64,000 nucleotides of DNA, taken from Eggerthellaceae bacterium. Its GTDB lineage: Bacteria > Bacillota > Clostridia > Christensenellales > UBA1242. Under the pieces are notes generated by a model. That model saw nothing but the letters and a program-made list of their open reading frames with translations. It made no database searches and was not told the origin of the DNA. The stretch lies in contig CAVCJG010000002.1 in NCBI GenBank assembly GCA_963602685.1, forward strand, positions 34,547 through 98,546. The letters are read 5' to 3'. A program made the translations under genes and the position numbers. How positions within the stretch are numbered: position 1 is the first letter of the stretch; each line of letters opens with the position of its first letter. Below are positions 33,790 through 43,442 of the stretch, one piece after another.

Positions 33790-34749
33790 ATGAAAAAAAC
33801 TTTTTCGGCGATTATGATTATTATCGGGACAATCATTGGCTCGGGATTTGCAACGGGAAAAGAAGTTGCCGTTTATTTTTCACGCTTTGGCGCGGTGTCA
33901 TATTTTTTGATTGCAATGACGGGAGCACTGTTTTTTGCAATCATATATTTTTTTCTTAGTCGCGGCTCGCACGCGTTTGAAAAGGTTTCGTCGTCAAAGT
34001 TTTTTCTGGCGCTGTGTGTGATTATTTCGCTTATTTTTACTTCGTCAATGTTTGCCGGAACTATCAACATTTTGCCGCAAAACATCTATCTTAAAATCGC
34101 ATTTGGAATAGGGTTATGCCTAAGTTGTTTGGTGATTGCAAAGCGGGGAATGAAGTCGCTTGCGCTTGCAAACAACTTTTTAGTGCCGGCGCTTATTATA
34201 TGCATGTTTGTTGTGCTTTCAAAGATAATTAGCCCTCCAACACTTAAAATTGGCAGTCAAAACGCATTTTTAGGGCTATTTTTTGCAATTTTGTATTGTT
34301 TGCTCAATTTTTCAACAAGTGGAATCGTGTTTGCAAAACTTGGCGACAACATGACTAAAAAGCAAAAAGTGTGGGCTAGTTTAATTTCCAGCCTCACACT
34401 TTGTGCATTTTTAATGTTGACGAATAACGCGCTTTTGTCACACCCTTCAAGTATATCGCAAGAGATGCCCCTTGTCTTTTTGTCGAGTGGTGCAAGCTCG
34501 CATTTTATAAAGTTTGTAGTTTTTTCGGGTTGCGTTACCACGCTTTTTTCTTTGGTGGTCGCGACTTCACTTAGCCTTGAAAAATTGCATTTCCCAAAAT
34601 TTTGGTGCGGATTTATCGCGGTGGTTTTGCCATCGCTGACATCAATTTTTGGCTTCGGAAGAATCGTGAGTTTTCTTTATCCCTTAGCAAGCGTTGTGGG
34701 AATATTTGTTTTTGTCGGGCTTGTTTTTTCTGCCCAAAAATCCGGTTAG
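33790..34749 (+). CDS. YkvI-family membrane protein
   Basis: 319 aa and multi-TM. The N-terminus IIGTIIGSGFATGKEVAVYF matches the YkvI-type GAGFASGQE motif. Confidence 0.6.
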   Translation: MKKTFSAIMIIIGTIIGSGFATGKEVAVYFSRFGAVSYFLIAMTGALFFAIIYFFLSRGSHAFEKVSSSKFFLALCVIISLIFTSSMFAGTINILPQNIYLKIAFGIGLCLSCLVIAKRGMKSLALANNFLVPALIICMFVVLSKIISPPTLKIGSQNAFLGLFFAILYCLLNFSTSGIVFAKLGDNMTKKQKVWASLISSLTLCAFLMLTNNALLSHPSSISQEMPLVFLSSGASSHFIKFVVFSGCVTTLFSLVVATSLSLEKLHFPKFWCGFIAVVLPSLTSIFGFGRIVSFLYPLASVVGIFVFVGLVFSAQKSG

Positions 34750-35564
34750 CGGTTGTGCCATTTTTCGATTAAACACACCACCATATACATCAGCGCTGCA
34801 AGAACGCACAGTATTACAGTGCTGGTCATAACCAAATCAATTTTGAAAATTTGGCTGCCATACACAATTAAATATCCCAGTCCTGCGCTGCTGGAAAGAT
34901 ATTCGCCCATGATAGTGCCGACCCAACTCATGCCCACGTTTATTTTGAGCACTGAGATAAATTCAGCCGTAGCATTGGGGAGAATTAGTTTCCAAAAAAT
35001 TTGGAATTTGTTTGCGTGCATAGATTTCATCAGTTGAATTTTGTCAGCATCGCATGAGTTGAAAGCATTAAGCATAGTTATTGTGGTCAGGATTATACAT
35101 ATAAGCACACACATAACAATTATCGCACTCATTCCTGCGCCGACCCAAAGGATAATTATAGGTCCAAGCGCGATTTTTGGAAGAGAGTTTAACACCACAA
35201 TATAAGGCTCTAAAATGCGTCTCAGCCTTTTGTTCCACCACAATAAAACTGCAACCAGTGTGCCGCCTATGGTGGCGACTATAAAGCCGACTATTGTTTC
35301 CAGCAGAGTTATTCCGATATGCTTCCAGATGACCCCGCTGCCGACAAGTTCGGCAAACATGTTGCATATTCTTGATGGGCTGCTGACGAAAAATGGGTCG
35401 ATGACCTTTGTCGCTGCCAACAATTCCCAAAGTCCGATAAACAAAACTAAAATAGCAATCTGAAACAGCAAAACAAATATTTTATCGTTGCGAAGGCGTT
35501 TTAAATACTTGCTATGCGCTTTTGAGTAAGGGGCGTGAGCATTAGGTGTGATTTTCTTTTTCAT
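34746..35564 (-). CDS. ABC transporter permease (NitT/TauT-type)
   Basis: Multi-TM with a BPD_transp_1-like core. The start is set at the internal ATG (MKKKITP), giving a 23-nt overlap with the upstream ATPase. Confidence 0.7.
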   Translation of the reverse strand: MKKKITPNAHAPYSKAHSKYLKRLRNDKIFVLLFQIAILVLFIGLWELLAATKVIDPFFVSSPSRICNMFAELVGSGVIWKHIGITLLETIVGFIVATIGGTLVAVLLWWNKRLRRILEPYIVVLNSLPKIALGPIIILWVGAGMSAIIVMCVLICIILTTITMLNAFNSCDADKIQLMKSMHANKFQIFWKLILPNATAEFISVLKINVGMSWVGTIMGEYLSSSAGLGYLIVYGSQIFKIDLVMTSTVILCVLAALMYMVVCLIEKWHNR

Positions 35565-36318
35565 TTGTAAGTTTTTTCCAAATAAGGTCGAAAAGGGCTC
35601 CAAAAGTTGGATCTTCACGCCTTGCAAGTGGAGTTTCTCCATTTAGTTTTAGTTTTTGAACATGTTTGACAGAGGCTGGTCTCGATGAAAGAACGATAAC
35701 TTTGTCAGACATCGAAATTGCTTCTGAAATGTCATGCGTCACAAGTATGGCAGTTTTTTTCTCGCTTTTGATGATGCTGTGAACATCGTCGCAAACTTTT
35801 AACCTTGTTTGAAAGTCAAGTGCGGAAAAAGGTTCGTCAAGCAGCAGCAAACTTGGCTCCATAACAAGCGTTCGAATAAGTGCCACTCTTTGGCGCATGC
35901 CTCCGCTCAGTGAACGGGGTTTAGAAGAGATAAAGTCGTAGAGGTCATATTTTTTTAGCAGTTGTTTTGCAAACTCGCGCTTTTCGTCAGCATTTTTAGG
36001 TTTTGAAAGTTCTATTCCGAGTGTGACGTTTTGCCAAATGGTTCGCCATTCAAAAAGATGATCTTTTTGAAACATATATCCAATTCGGTCATCGTTTTTT
36101 TGAATAGGTTTGTCTGCCAGTAAAATTTCACCAGAACTTTTTTCAAGCAGACCTGCAATCAACGACAAAATAGTAGTTTTCCCGCAACCACTTGGACCTA
36201 CAATCGAGGCAAACTCTTCGTTTTCCACCATAAAAGAAAGGTCTTTCAAAGCCTGAATTTCCTCTTTTACAGTCTGATAACAAAAGTTTACATTTTTAAA
36301 TTCTAGCATTGCGTCCAT
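35542..36318 (-). CDS. ABC transporter ATP-binding protein (NitT/TauT-type)
   Basis: Walker A GPSGCGKTT, signature LSGGMRQRV and Walker B LLLLDEPF. Confidence 0.85.
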   Translation of the reverse strand: MDAMLEFKNVNFCYQTVKEEIQALKDLSFMVENEEFASIVGPSGCGKTTILSLIAGLLEKSSGEILLADKPIQKNDDRIGYMFQKDHLFEWRTIWQNVTLGIELSKPKNADEKREFAKQLLKKYDLYDFISSKPRSLSGGMRQRVALIRTLVMEPSLLLLDEPFSALDFQTRLKVCDDVHSIIKSEKKTAILVTHDISEAISMSDKVIVLSSRPASVKHVQKLKLNGETPLARREDPTFGALFDLIWKKLTNEKENHT

Positions 36319-36386
36319 AAAATTGCCTCTACATTATCATTCTACTCCCGCAAAAAAATTGTGTGATTAAAAAGTGGCACTGATGT

Positions 36387-36415
36387 TTGAAATCCAACTT
36401 TTTTGCGTTTACAAT
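36387..36415 (+). promoter_or_regulatory. Promoter TTGAAA-N17-TACAAT for the phage-like operon
   Basis: -35 at 36387-36392 and -10 at 36410-36415. SD AAGGAGG at 36431-36437. Confidence 0.5.
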
Positions 36416-36446
36416 GAAACCGAATTTGCAAAGGAGGAGCAGGATT

Positions 36447-36764
36447 TTGGACGAAATTGATCATGAAAAAATCAAAAACGCGCTTTTAAAAAAGGCGCTT
36501 GGCGGTGTTTCAAGTGAGCAAGTGTGCGAATACAGCATTGACGAAAACGGCGAGCCTGTTTTGTCAAAGAAGAAAGTTACAAAAAAGCACATCTCGCCCG
36601 ACCTTGCCGCGCTCAAACTGCTGCTTGAAGAATTTAGCCATGATTTCGATGTCGAAAAAATGACAGATTCTCAGTTGCGAGCAGAACGCAGCCGCCTGTT
36701 GCAATTATTAAAAGAGGAGGAAGAAGATGCAGATAGAGAAATGCACGAGGATGACGAAATGTGA
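36447..36764 (+). CDS. Terminase-small-subunit-like / DNA-binding protein (about 105 aa, TTG start)
   Basis: The pattern ALGG...E...KKKVTKKHISPDLAALKLLLE resembles Firmicutes phage TerS proteins, with an acidic tail. It is first in the operon. Confidence 0.35.
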   Translation: MDEIDHEKIKNALLKKALGGVSSEQVCEYSIDENGEPVLSKKKVTKKHISPDLAALKLLLEEFSHDFDVEKMTDSQLRAERSRLLQLLKEEEEDADREMHEDDEM

Positions 36765-36960
36765 CTTTTTAGGTTGCAACAACCTTGCTGATTATTGTTT
36801 CAGCACAAAGGGCGTGTTGCGCAGAGAACTGGCATTTTGCAAAGATTGCTTAAAAGGCATGTATGAAGAAATTGGCAAAATTCAAGTTCCTAAAGCCACC
36901 AACTCGCCATTCAAATTAAGATCAAGGATAAGGAAGGACAGATATGAAGAAGACAATTAA
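36751..36960 (+). CDS. Cys4 zinc-ribbon-like miniprotein (69 aa)
   Basis: CDFLGC...FCKDC (Cx4C...Cx2C). It overlaps both neighbours and occupies the slot where a large terminase is normally found. Confidence 0.4.
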   Translation: MTKCDFLGCNNLADYCFSTKGVLRRELAFCKDCLKGMYEEIGKIQVPKATNSPFKLRSRIRKDRYEEDN

Positions 36961-38800
36961 AAACGAACAAATAGTAAAAGAAGTCAAAGACGATTTTGCG
37001 GCAAGACAAATGGCGCGCAAACCATTTGAGTCGCAGTGGCTTATGAACATGAACTTTTATATGGGCAATCAATTTTGCGACATCGGCTATGGCGGAAACG
37101 TTGAAGAAGTTGACAAACAATTTTTCTGGCAAGAGCGTGAAATTTTCAACCACATTTCGCCGCTTGTTGATGTTAGACTTGCAAAATTAGGAAAAATAAA
37201 GCCAAAAACAACAGTTTTGCCAGCAACAAATGACGAAAAAGACATAAGCGCGGCAAAAGTATCAAAAAAGATTATTGAAAGTGTAACAAGCAAACTTGAT
37301 TTAAACCACAAAATCATCGAAGCGTTGCAGTGGAGCGAAATTTGCGGAACAAGTTTTTACAAAGTGACTTGGAATCCGAATGCGGGTCAAATAATCGCAC
37401 AAGATGCCGACGGAAAACCAGTTCGCAGTGGTGAAGTGGACATCTCAGTTTGCTCGCCATTCGAAATTTATCCCGACTCGTTTACTTGCGAAACTCTCGA
37501 CAGTTGCCAAAGCATAATTCATGCACGTGCGGTCGACGCTAAAAAAGTTGCCAGCGATTATGGCTTGCAAGTAGAAGGCGAAAATTTAAGCATATATTCG
37601 CTTGATTCAACAACAGTCGGATTTGGCGGACTTGGCTATTCGTCAGCAGCGCCAAAAATCAGCAAAGGCATCAAACAAAACAGTGTGCTTGTGCTTGAAA
37701 GATACGAGCGCCCAACCGAAGATTATCCTTTCGGCAGACTTACAATAGTTGTCGGCGACAATCTTGTTTACGACGGCGAACTGCCTTATAAACTTGGCAG
37801 CGATTACGAACGCGATTTTCCATTTGTTAAACAAACTTCGCTCAATCAAGTTGGCTCTTTTTGGGGAGTCAGTGTAATCGACAGATTGATTCCAATTCAA
37901 CGCGCATTCAACTCGGTTAAAAATCGCAAGCACGAATTTATGAACCGACTCACAATGGGCGTGCTTAAAGTTGAAGACGGCTCGGTCGACATCGAAAACC
38001 TTGAAGATGAAGGAGTTTGCCCAGGCAAGATTTTAGTTTATCGTCAAGGCTCAACAGCGCCTGAATTTTTAGAGGGCGACAATGTTTCATCAAGTTTTAG
38101 CGACGAAGAAGAAAAGTTGCTTGCCGAATTTAGAAGCATAAGCGGCGTAAAAGATTTTGACTATGACTATGCTTCATCAAATGTTTCAGGTGTGACACTT
38201 CAACTCATGCTCGAACAAGACGAGTTAAGACTCAACAACACAGCCGAAAACATGAAACGTTGTGTTCGCAAAATTGCACAGGACGTGCTTAGACTTTACA
38301 AGCAGTTTGCGCTTATTCCACGCCTTGCAAGAATAGTGGGTGACAACGGCGAAATTGAACTTTTCTATTTCAATTCAAACGACATTTCAAGTGACGATAT
38401 TTCACTTGAAGCGACAGCCGAACTTGGCGAAAGCATAACTCAACGCCGTCAAATGGTGTTTGACCTTATAAATGCCGGACTTCTTAACGACAACGGCAAC
38501 GAAATGAGCGATAAGATGAAAGTTAAAGCACTTGAACTTCTTGGACTCGGCGTCTGGGAAAACGCGCAAGACACAAACGAATTGCACATCAAAAAAGCGG
38601 ACAGCGAAAACGTTAAGTTGCTTGGTGGCAAAAGTGTAGAACCAAGTCAAATCGACGACCATGCGCTTCACATCGACCGTCATATCGCGTTTATGCTTAA
38701 TGGCGATTATGAAAAGAAACTTGCAGTTCGTCCTGAACTTGAAAGCATCTTTTTGGCACATATAAACAAACACAAAAGCATGCTTAAAGAGCAGCAATAA
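36944..38800 (+). CDS. Phage portal protein (618 aa)
   Basis: The N-terminal ARQMARKPFESQWLMNMNFYMGNQ motif is typical of podovirus-type portals. Size and position before the scaffold and coat genes fit. Confidence 0.7.
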   Translation: MKKTIKNEQIVKEVKDDFAARQMARKPFESQWLMNMNFYMGNQFCDIGYGGNVEEVDKQFFWQEREIFNHISPLVDVRLAKLGKIKPKTTVLPATNDEKDISAAKVSKKIIESVTSKLDLNHKIIEALQWSEICGTSFYKVTWNPNAGQIIAQDADGKPVRSGEVDISVCSPFEIYPDSFTCETLDSCQSIIHARAVDAKKVASDYGLQVEGENLSIYSLDSTTVGFGGLGYSSAAPKISKGIKQNSVLVLERYERPTEDYPFGRLTIVVGDNLVYDGELPYKLGSDYERDFPFVKQTSLNQVGSFWGVSVIDRLIPIQRAFNSVKNRKHEFMNRLTMGVLKVEDGSVDIENLEDEGVCPGKILVYRQGSTAPEFLEGDNVSSSFSDEEEKLLAEFRSISGVKDFDYDYASSNVSGVTLQLMLEQDELRLNNTAENMKRCVRKIAQDVLRLYKQFALIPRLARIVGDNGEIELFYFNSNDISSDDISLEATAELGESITQRRQMVFDLINAGLLNDNGNEMSDKMKVKALELLGLGVWENAQDTNELHIKKADSENVKLLGGKSVEPSQIDDHALHIDRHIAFMLNGDYEKKLAVRPELESIFLAHINKHKSMLKEQQ

Positions 38801-38818
38801 AAATTTAGGAGAAAAATT

Positions 38819-39430
38819 ATGGAAGAAGAAATCAAAGAGGAACAACCAGTCATAGAACAGGCAAATGTTTCAGACGAGACGAGTGATAAGAGTGCCGCTA
38901 GTTTGACAGGCTCCTCACAAGAAAAAGGCTTTGGAAAGTTTAAGTCGGCGGAGGCGCTCTTAGAGGCCTATAAGGCGCTTGAAGCGGAATTTACAAGAAA
39001 AAGCCAACAACTAAGCGAACTTGAGAAAGAAAAAGCGGAAGCAGCAACCGTCAACGAACAAAAAGTCGAAGACGAACTGAACACGTTCCTTTCAAAAAAC
39101 AGCGATGCAAAGCCATATGCCGACCAGCTTAAAGCAAAAAGTTTGGCAGAAGGCGGGAGAGTTGATTTTGACAATATTTATGCCGGAGTTATGGTTGAAA
39201 ACCTTGCATCTGGCGGGTCAAAACTCGACAATCCGATTGTAAAAAAGTATGTCGTTCAAGACGACGAACTTAGAAATTATGTAATAGAAACTTACATGCA
39301 AAACCTTAAACAAAATCAACCACCATATCTCATCAGTGGCGACAAAGGCGAAAAAGTGACCGGTCAAAAGCCGGCCACTCCAATGTCGCTGAAAGACGCA
39401 AAGAGAATGGTTGAGGAAATGTTTAGTTAA
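38819..39430 (+). CDS. Phage scaffolding protein (GP20-like)
   Basis: Acidic, coiled-coil protein. FKSAEALLEAYKALEAEFTRKSQ matches the GP20/scaffold motif. Confidence 0.6.
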   Translation: MEEEIKEEQPVIEQANVSDETSDKSAASLTGSSQEKGFGKFKSAEALLEAYKALEAEFTRKSQQLSELEKEKAEAATVNEQKVEDELNTFLSKNSDAKPYADQLKAKSLAEGGRVDFDNIYAGVMVENLASGGSKLDNPIVKKYVVQDDELRNYVIETYMQNLKQNQPPYLISGDKGEKVTGQKPATPMSLKDAKRMVEEMFS

Positions 39431-39444
39431 TTTAGGAGGAAAAA

Positions 39445-40722
39445 ATGGTTACATTAACAAACGTAGAAAATGCTCTTAAAGACGTTTATCTTGGAGTTGT
39501 TGCAAACCAACTTAACGTTTCAACAAACCCACTTCTTGCAAAAATCAAACGCACAACAAAAGACGTTTGGGGCAAAGAAATCGTAAAAATGGCACCTTAT
39601 GGACTTAACGGTGGCGTAGGCGCTGGTGGCGAAACATCAATGCTTCCAGGGGCATTTGGAAATAAATACGCTCAATTTAGAGCAACACTTAAAAACCTTT
39701 ATGGTAAAATCGAAATTTCAGACAAAGCAGTGCGCAGCACAGCAAACAACATGGGCGCTTTTGTAAATCTTTTACAAGACGAAATGGAAGGCCTTTTGAA
39801 GGCAAGCTCTTTCAACCTTGGCAGAATGCTTTATGGCGACGGAACAGGCAAGTTGGGAACTGCACTTTACACAGAATCTGACGGCGGAAATATCGTCTGC
39901 GACAAAGTAAACAACCTTGTTGAAGGAATGGTTATTGACATGGTCAACCAAACAACCGGACTTGCAGATTATTCTAGATGCAGAGTTACATATGTAGACA
40001 GAGTAAACAAAAAAATCCGCGTAGACAAAATGAACATCAGAGTTTTGGAATCTAAACCTTATGGAATGTATGTCCAAGGCTCATACAACAACGAAATCAC
40101 AGGAATTGGAGCACTTTTCAATGGCTCTACAACACTTTATGGGCTTACAAGAGCCGACTATTTGTGGCTTAACCCATACAAGTCAACCGAAGAAAAAGAA
40201 GTTTCTGACAATATGATTCAAACAGCGATTGACTTCCTTGATGAAAATGCAGATTCAAAAGTAAACTACATTTCTTGCTCAAGCAAAGTTAGACGCGCTT
40301 ATCAACAATACATGAACGCTTACAAATCAAACATCGAAATCGTTGATTTAGGTGAAGGCTTCAAAGCAATTTCTTACAATGGAATTCCAATGTTTGCCGA
40401 CAGATTTGTTGACGAAGACACAATGTATTTGTTAAACACAAACGACTTTACAATGCACGAACTTTGCGACTGGCAATGGATTGAAGGTGACAGCGGTCAC
40501 ATTCTTAAACAAAACGCAAGCTATCCAACATACTCTGCAACTCTTGTTAAGTATGCTGAACTTATCTGCGACAGACCAAATGGACAAGCAAAGATTTCAG
40601 GCATCAAATCAACAATCACAAATCCATTAAACCTTACCGCAAATGTTACCTGTGAATGCAACTGCGCAAGCAGCTCAACAACAACAGACACACAAGATCC
40701 AAGCGGAAGCGACGGAGAATAA
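39445..40722 (+). CDS. Phage major capsid (coat) protein (425 aa)
   Basis: It follows the scaffold gene and has a strong SD. Size and N-terminal pattern are coat-like. The C-terminal Cys/Ser/Thr-rich tail is unusual. Confidence 0.65.
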   Translation: MVTLTNVENALKDVYLGVVANQLNVSTNPLLAKIKRTTKDVWGKEIVKMAPYGLNGGVGAGGETSMLPGAFGNKYAQFRATLKNLYGKIEISDKAVRSTANNMGAFVNLLQDEMEGLLKASSFNLGRMLYGDGTGKLGTALYTESDGGNIVCDKVNNLVEGMVIDMVNQTTGLADYSRCRVTYVDRVNKKIRVDKMNIRVLESKPYGMYVQGSYNNEITGIGALFNGSTTLYGLTRADYLWLNPYKSTEEKEVSDNMIQTAIDFLDENADSKVNYISCSSKVRRAYQQYMNAYKSNIEIVDLGEGFKAISYNGIPMFADRFVDEDTMYLLNTNDFTMHELCDWQWIEGDSGHILKQNASYPTYSATLVKYAELICDRPNGQAKISGIKSTITNPLNLTANVTCECNCASSSTTTDTQDPSGSDGE

Positions 40723-40727
40723 GATTT

Positions 40728-40756
40728 AAGAGGCACATTGATGCCTCTTAATTTTT
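40728..40756 (+). terminator. Hairpin plus T-run immediately after the coat gene (partial terminator?)
   Basis: AAGAGGCA-cattga-TGCCTCTT followed by AATTTTT, 11 nt before the next ATG. Confidence 0.5.
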
Positions 40757-40766
40757 AGGAGAAAAA

Positions 40767-41090
40767 ATGAAAAACCAAATTTTGCTCGAAAACGACCCAT
40801 ATTACATTTCATCACGAATAAAAGAGGTTGATGAGAGTTACTTTATAGTCTATTCCAAAAAGCGTAACGTTTTTGAATTGCATTCGTCACGCCAACTTTT
40901 TTCGACATATGCGCTTACAATTCCATACGATCAACTTGACGAGCGCACAATTTTTTTAGCGCGCAAAACGCGCCGCGAAAACGCAGATGAACTTATAAGG
41001 AAGATGGACGAAGATAACGCTCGCCTTGAAAACAAGATGAGAAACAACGCGTTAGAGCAAATAAAAGAGGTGAAAAATGAAATTAAATGA
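40767..41090 (+). CDS. Phage-module hypothetical protein (107 aa)
   Basis: Good SD. Coiled-coil C-terminus. No family recognised. Confidence 0.5.
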   Translation: MKNQILLENDPYYISSRIKEVDESYFIVYSKKRNVFELHSSRQLFSTYALTIPYDQLDERTIFLARKTRRENADELIRKMDEDNARLENKMRNNALEQIKEVKNEIK

Positions 41091-41628
41091 CGCAATCAAA
41101 CTCAGTTGTGATTTTTTAGATTTAGAGCAACTTAAATCCAAAATCGGAGCGCAAGAGGTTGACGACGAATCATCAAAACAGTTGAATAAATTGCTTTGCT
41201 GCGCCAACCTTGCATATGAAGAAATCGTCACTGAATATCTTCCAATTTTGCATACAGAAACGCTTGATGTGACAAACGGGCAAATCTCATTTGGCTTGCT
41301 TGCAAAGCCAATTTGTGGGATTATTTCAGTTCAAGACGAAAACGGAAGTGACATAAAATATTCGCTCTCAGCCGACCACATTTCGTTGTCGGCACAGAAA
41401 GCGACAATCACTTATCAAACAATTCCAAGCGCCCTTGCTTACGGCGCCGAAGTCAGCGTGCTTTTCCCGGAAAGATTGCTTGCTTATGGAATTGCGCGTG
41501 AATATCTCTTTTTGCAAGACAAGTCCGACGAAGCGTTGATATTTGAAAAACGCTTTAAAGACGGGCTTACAAGTTTTGTTCGCAAAAAAAGCGCATTGAT
41601 TTTGCCAAGAAGAAGATGGCACGCATAG
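41077..41628 (+). CDS. Possible head-to-tail adaptor (183 aa)
   Basis: The call rests on position and size only (compare P22 gp4 and T7 gp11). Overlaps the upstream gene by 14 nt. Confidence 0.35.
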   Translation: MKLNDAIKLSCDFLDLEQLKSKIGAQEVDDESSKQLNKLLCCANLAYEEIVTEYLPILHTETLDVTNGQISFGLLAKPICGIISVQDENGSDIKYSLSADHISLSAQKATITYQTIPSALAYGAEVSVLFPERLLAYGIAREYLFLQDKSDEALIFEKRFKDGLTSFVRKKSALILPRRRWHA

Positions 41629-41638
41629 GGAGGGGAAA

Positions 41639-43069
41639 ATGTTCAACAGAAAAACTCTTCCAACAAGATCGGGAAAACTCCAAACCGCGCAAATCGACGA
41701 TTACAACGAAATCGAACAACTCAGTTACAACGTCAGAGTGACCGAAAACGGCATCGAAGACGGCTATGGTTTTGAAAGATTGACCCTTCCGACATCGGCG
41801 CTTTCGCCCGAGCAAACCTTTTCGTTAAACGCCACCCAAATTTATGGATTATGGCAGTTTAAGTGGTTTGACAACACCGCAAACGTTGATAAATATTACA
41901 TTTATTACATGAACGAAAACAGACAAATAAAATACATCAACATCTTGTCAAAAAAGACGATTTATGTGACAAACATAACTCTGAATTCTTACACGCCTTC
42001 GTGCGCGACTTTTAGAATCAATGATGACAATGACATGATATTTTTCTCTTCCGAAACCGACCAAACTATCGGCCACGGCGGAAGCGGAAAGCAGGTTTTT
42101 GAAAACATTCCGAAGTTTATTTCGGGTTGCTGGCATGGCCCATATCTGTTTTTAGTGACAACTGGCGCGGCAAACAAACTTATTTACAGCCGTTCAAAAA
42201 TCGACATTTGGAACGACGACAACACCGAAGAAGTTGTGATTCCCGATGTGCGCGGTGGCATGAAAAAGGTCATATCAGTCAACGACAATTTGTATCTGTT
42301 TTATGAATATGGAATCGTTAAACTTTCGCTTTATTCGACTGATGCAAAAGTTGCTTACAGCCACATATTCAATTCGTCGGCATACATCTATCCAAACACG
42401 ATTGCAAAATGCGGCAACAGCATTTATTTTCTGACTTCCGAAGGAATTTTCTCTCTCGAAGGCGGACAAGTTAAAAAACTTGCCGCGCAGTCAGAATATA
42501 TTTGCGAGTCCAACTCAAAAGCGTGCGGAGAATGCTATGACGACAAATACTTTTTGGCGTGCAAATGCAACTTTGCAGACGGCAAAACGATAGGCGAAGA
42601 AAACACTTCAAACCATCAAAACAACGCGCTTGTTGTTCTTGATTTAAAAACGCAAAAGTTTTCATACACGCGCGGAATTGATATTGTGAGTTTGCTTGAT
42701 ATCAAAACTCCACAAGTGCAAAAACTTTGCGCCATTTTCCGCGGCAACAGCAAATCGCTGATTGGCCAACTTACAACCGACGGCAAATTCTTTGGCGAGC
42801 AACTTCCAAAATGCTGGCAAAGCAAGCCGCTCGATTTTGGCTCGCTTGACGAAAAAGAGATTGTTGAAATCGGTTTCAAAAGTGGCGCAGTTGGAGATAT
42901 GAGCATATCTTCTTTTGACCGGACAAAATCGCTTGCGCTGTCAAATGGGCAGTCACAGCCGGTCAAATGCAAAGCAAAAGTGCTTGGCGAAGTTTTCACT
43001 TTGTCTTTTAGTTCTTCATCAAGTTTAAAAATATCTTATCCAAAAATAAAGGTTAAGCATTTTGAATGA
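41639..43069 (+). CDS. Possible tail hub/nozzle protein (476 aa), beta-propeller-like repeats
   Basis: The call rests on position and size (compare P22 gp10). Recurring strand motifs are YYIYYMNE, LYLFYEYGIVKL, IYFLTSEGIFSL and YFLACK. Confidence 0.35.
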   Translation: MFNRKTLPTRSGKLQTAQIDDYNEIEQLSYNVRVTENGIEDGYGFERLTLPTSALSPEQTFSLNATQIYGLWQFKWFDNTANVDKYYIYYMNENRQIKYINILSKKTIYVTNITLNSYTPSCATFRINDDNDMIFFSSETDQTIGHGGSGKQVFENIPKFISGCWHGPYLFLVTTGAANKLIYSRSKIDIWNDDNTEEVVIPDVRGGMKKVISVNDNLYLFYEYGIVKLSLYSTDAKVAYSHIFNSSAYIYPNTIAKCGNSIYFLTSEGIFSLEGGQVKKLAAQSEYICESNSKACGECYDDKYFLACKCNFADGKTIGEENTSNHQNNALVVLDLKTQKFSYTRGIDIVSLLDIKTPQVQKLCAIFRGNSKSLIGQLTTDGKFFGEQLPKCWQSKPLDFGSLDEKEIVEIGFKSGAVGDMSISSFDRTKSLALSNGQSQPVKCKAKVLGEVFTLSFSSSSSLKISYPKIKVKHFE

Positions 43070-43134
43070 AAATTACAGACCTAAACTATTCGTTGTTTTT
43101 GAAGCGGCAGGCTATGAAAGGAGAAAGGGCAGAA

Positions 43135-43206
43135 ATGAAGAAATTATTGCAAGTTTGCGATAATGGTGGTGAAGGAAAGATAAAATGGAACTCTGGCAAG
43201 AAATAA
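43135..43206 (+). CDS. Possible 23-aa miniORF (MKKLLQVCDNGGEGKIKWNSGKK)
   Basis: SD AAAGGAG lies upstream. It overlaps the start of the BhlA-like gene. Too short for the ORF track, so it is speculative. Confidence 0.2.
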   Translation: MKKLLQVCDNGGEGKIKWNSGKK

Positions 43207-43442
43207 TAAGCGTGATAATCAGCAACGGCATATTTGCCATATTGTTTGTTTATCTGTTTTATTATCAACTTAGAGACAGCAAACGACGTGAAGAAAAATA
43301 TCAAAAGACAATCGAACAACTTTCTGAGCACCTTGGTGTGATTGAGCAAATCAAAGAAGACGTTGAATATTTAAAAGACGTTGTTACACCTAAAAGGAGA
43401 AGAAAAGATGAAGTTCACGACCAAACTCAAACAAATGATTAA
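43185..43442 (+). CDS. BhlA/UviB-family holin-like protein (85 aa)
   Basis: One N-terminal TM (IISNGIFAILFVYLFYYQL) followed by RDSKRREEKY, as in BhlA/UviB. Confidence 0.6.
   Translation: MELWQEIISVIISNGIFAILFVYLFYYQLRDSKRREEKYQKTIEQLSEHLGVIEQIKEDVEYLKDVVTPKRRRKDEVHDQTQTND

Noticed and set aside
36387-36446. N-terminal extension (MKSNFFAFTMKPNLQRRSRI) of the first phage-module ORF.
   Set aside because: This stretch overlaps the -35/-10 elements and precedes the AAGGAGG SD. The TTG at 36447 is the more plausible start.
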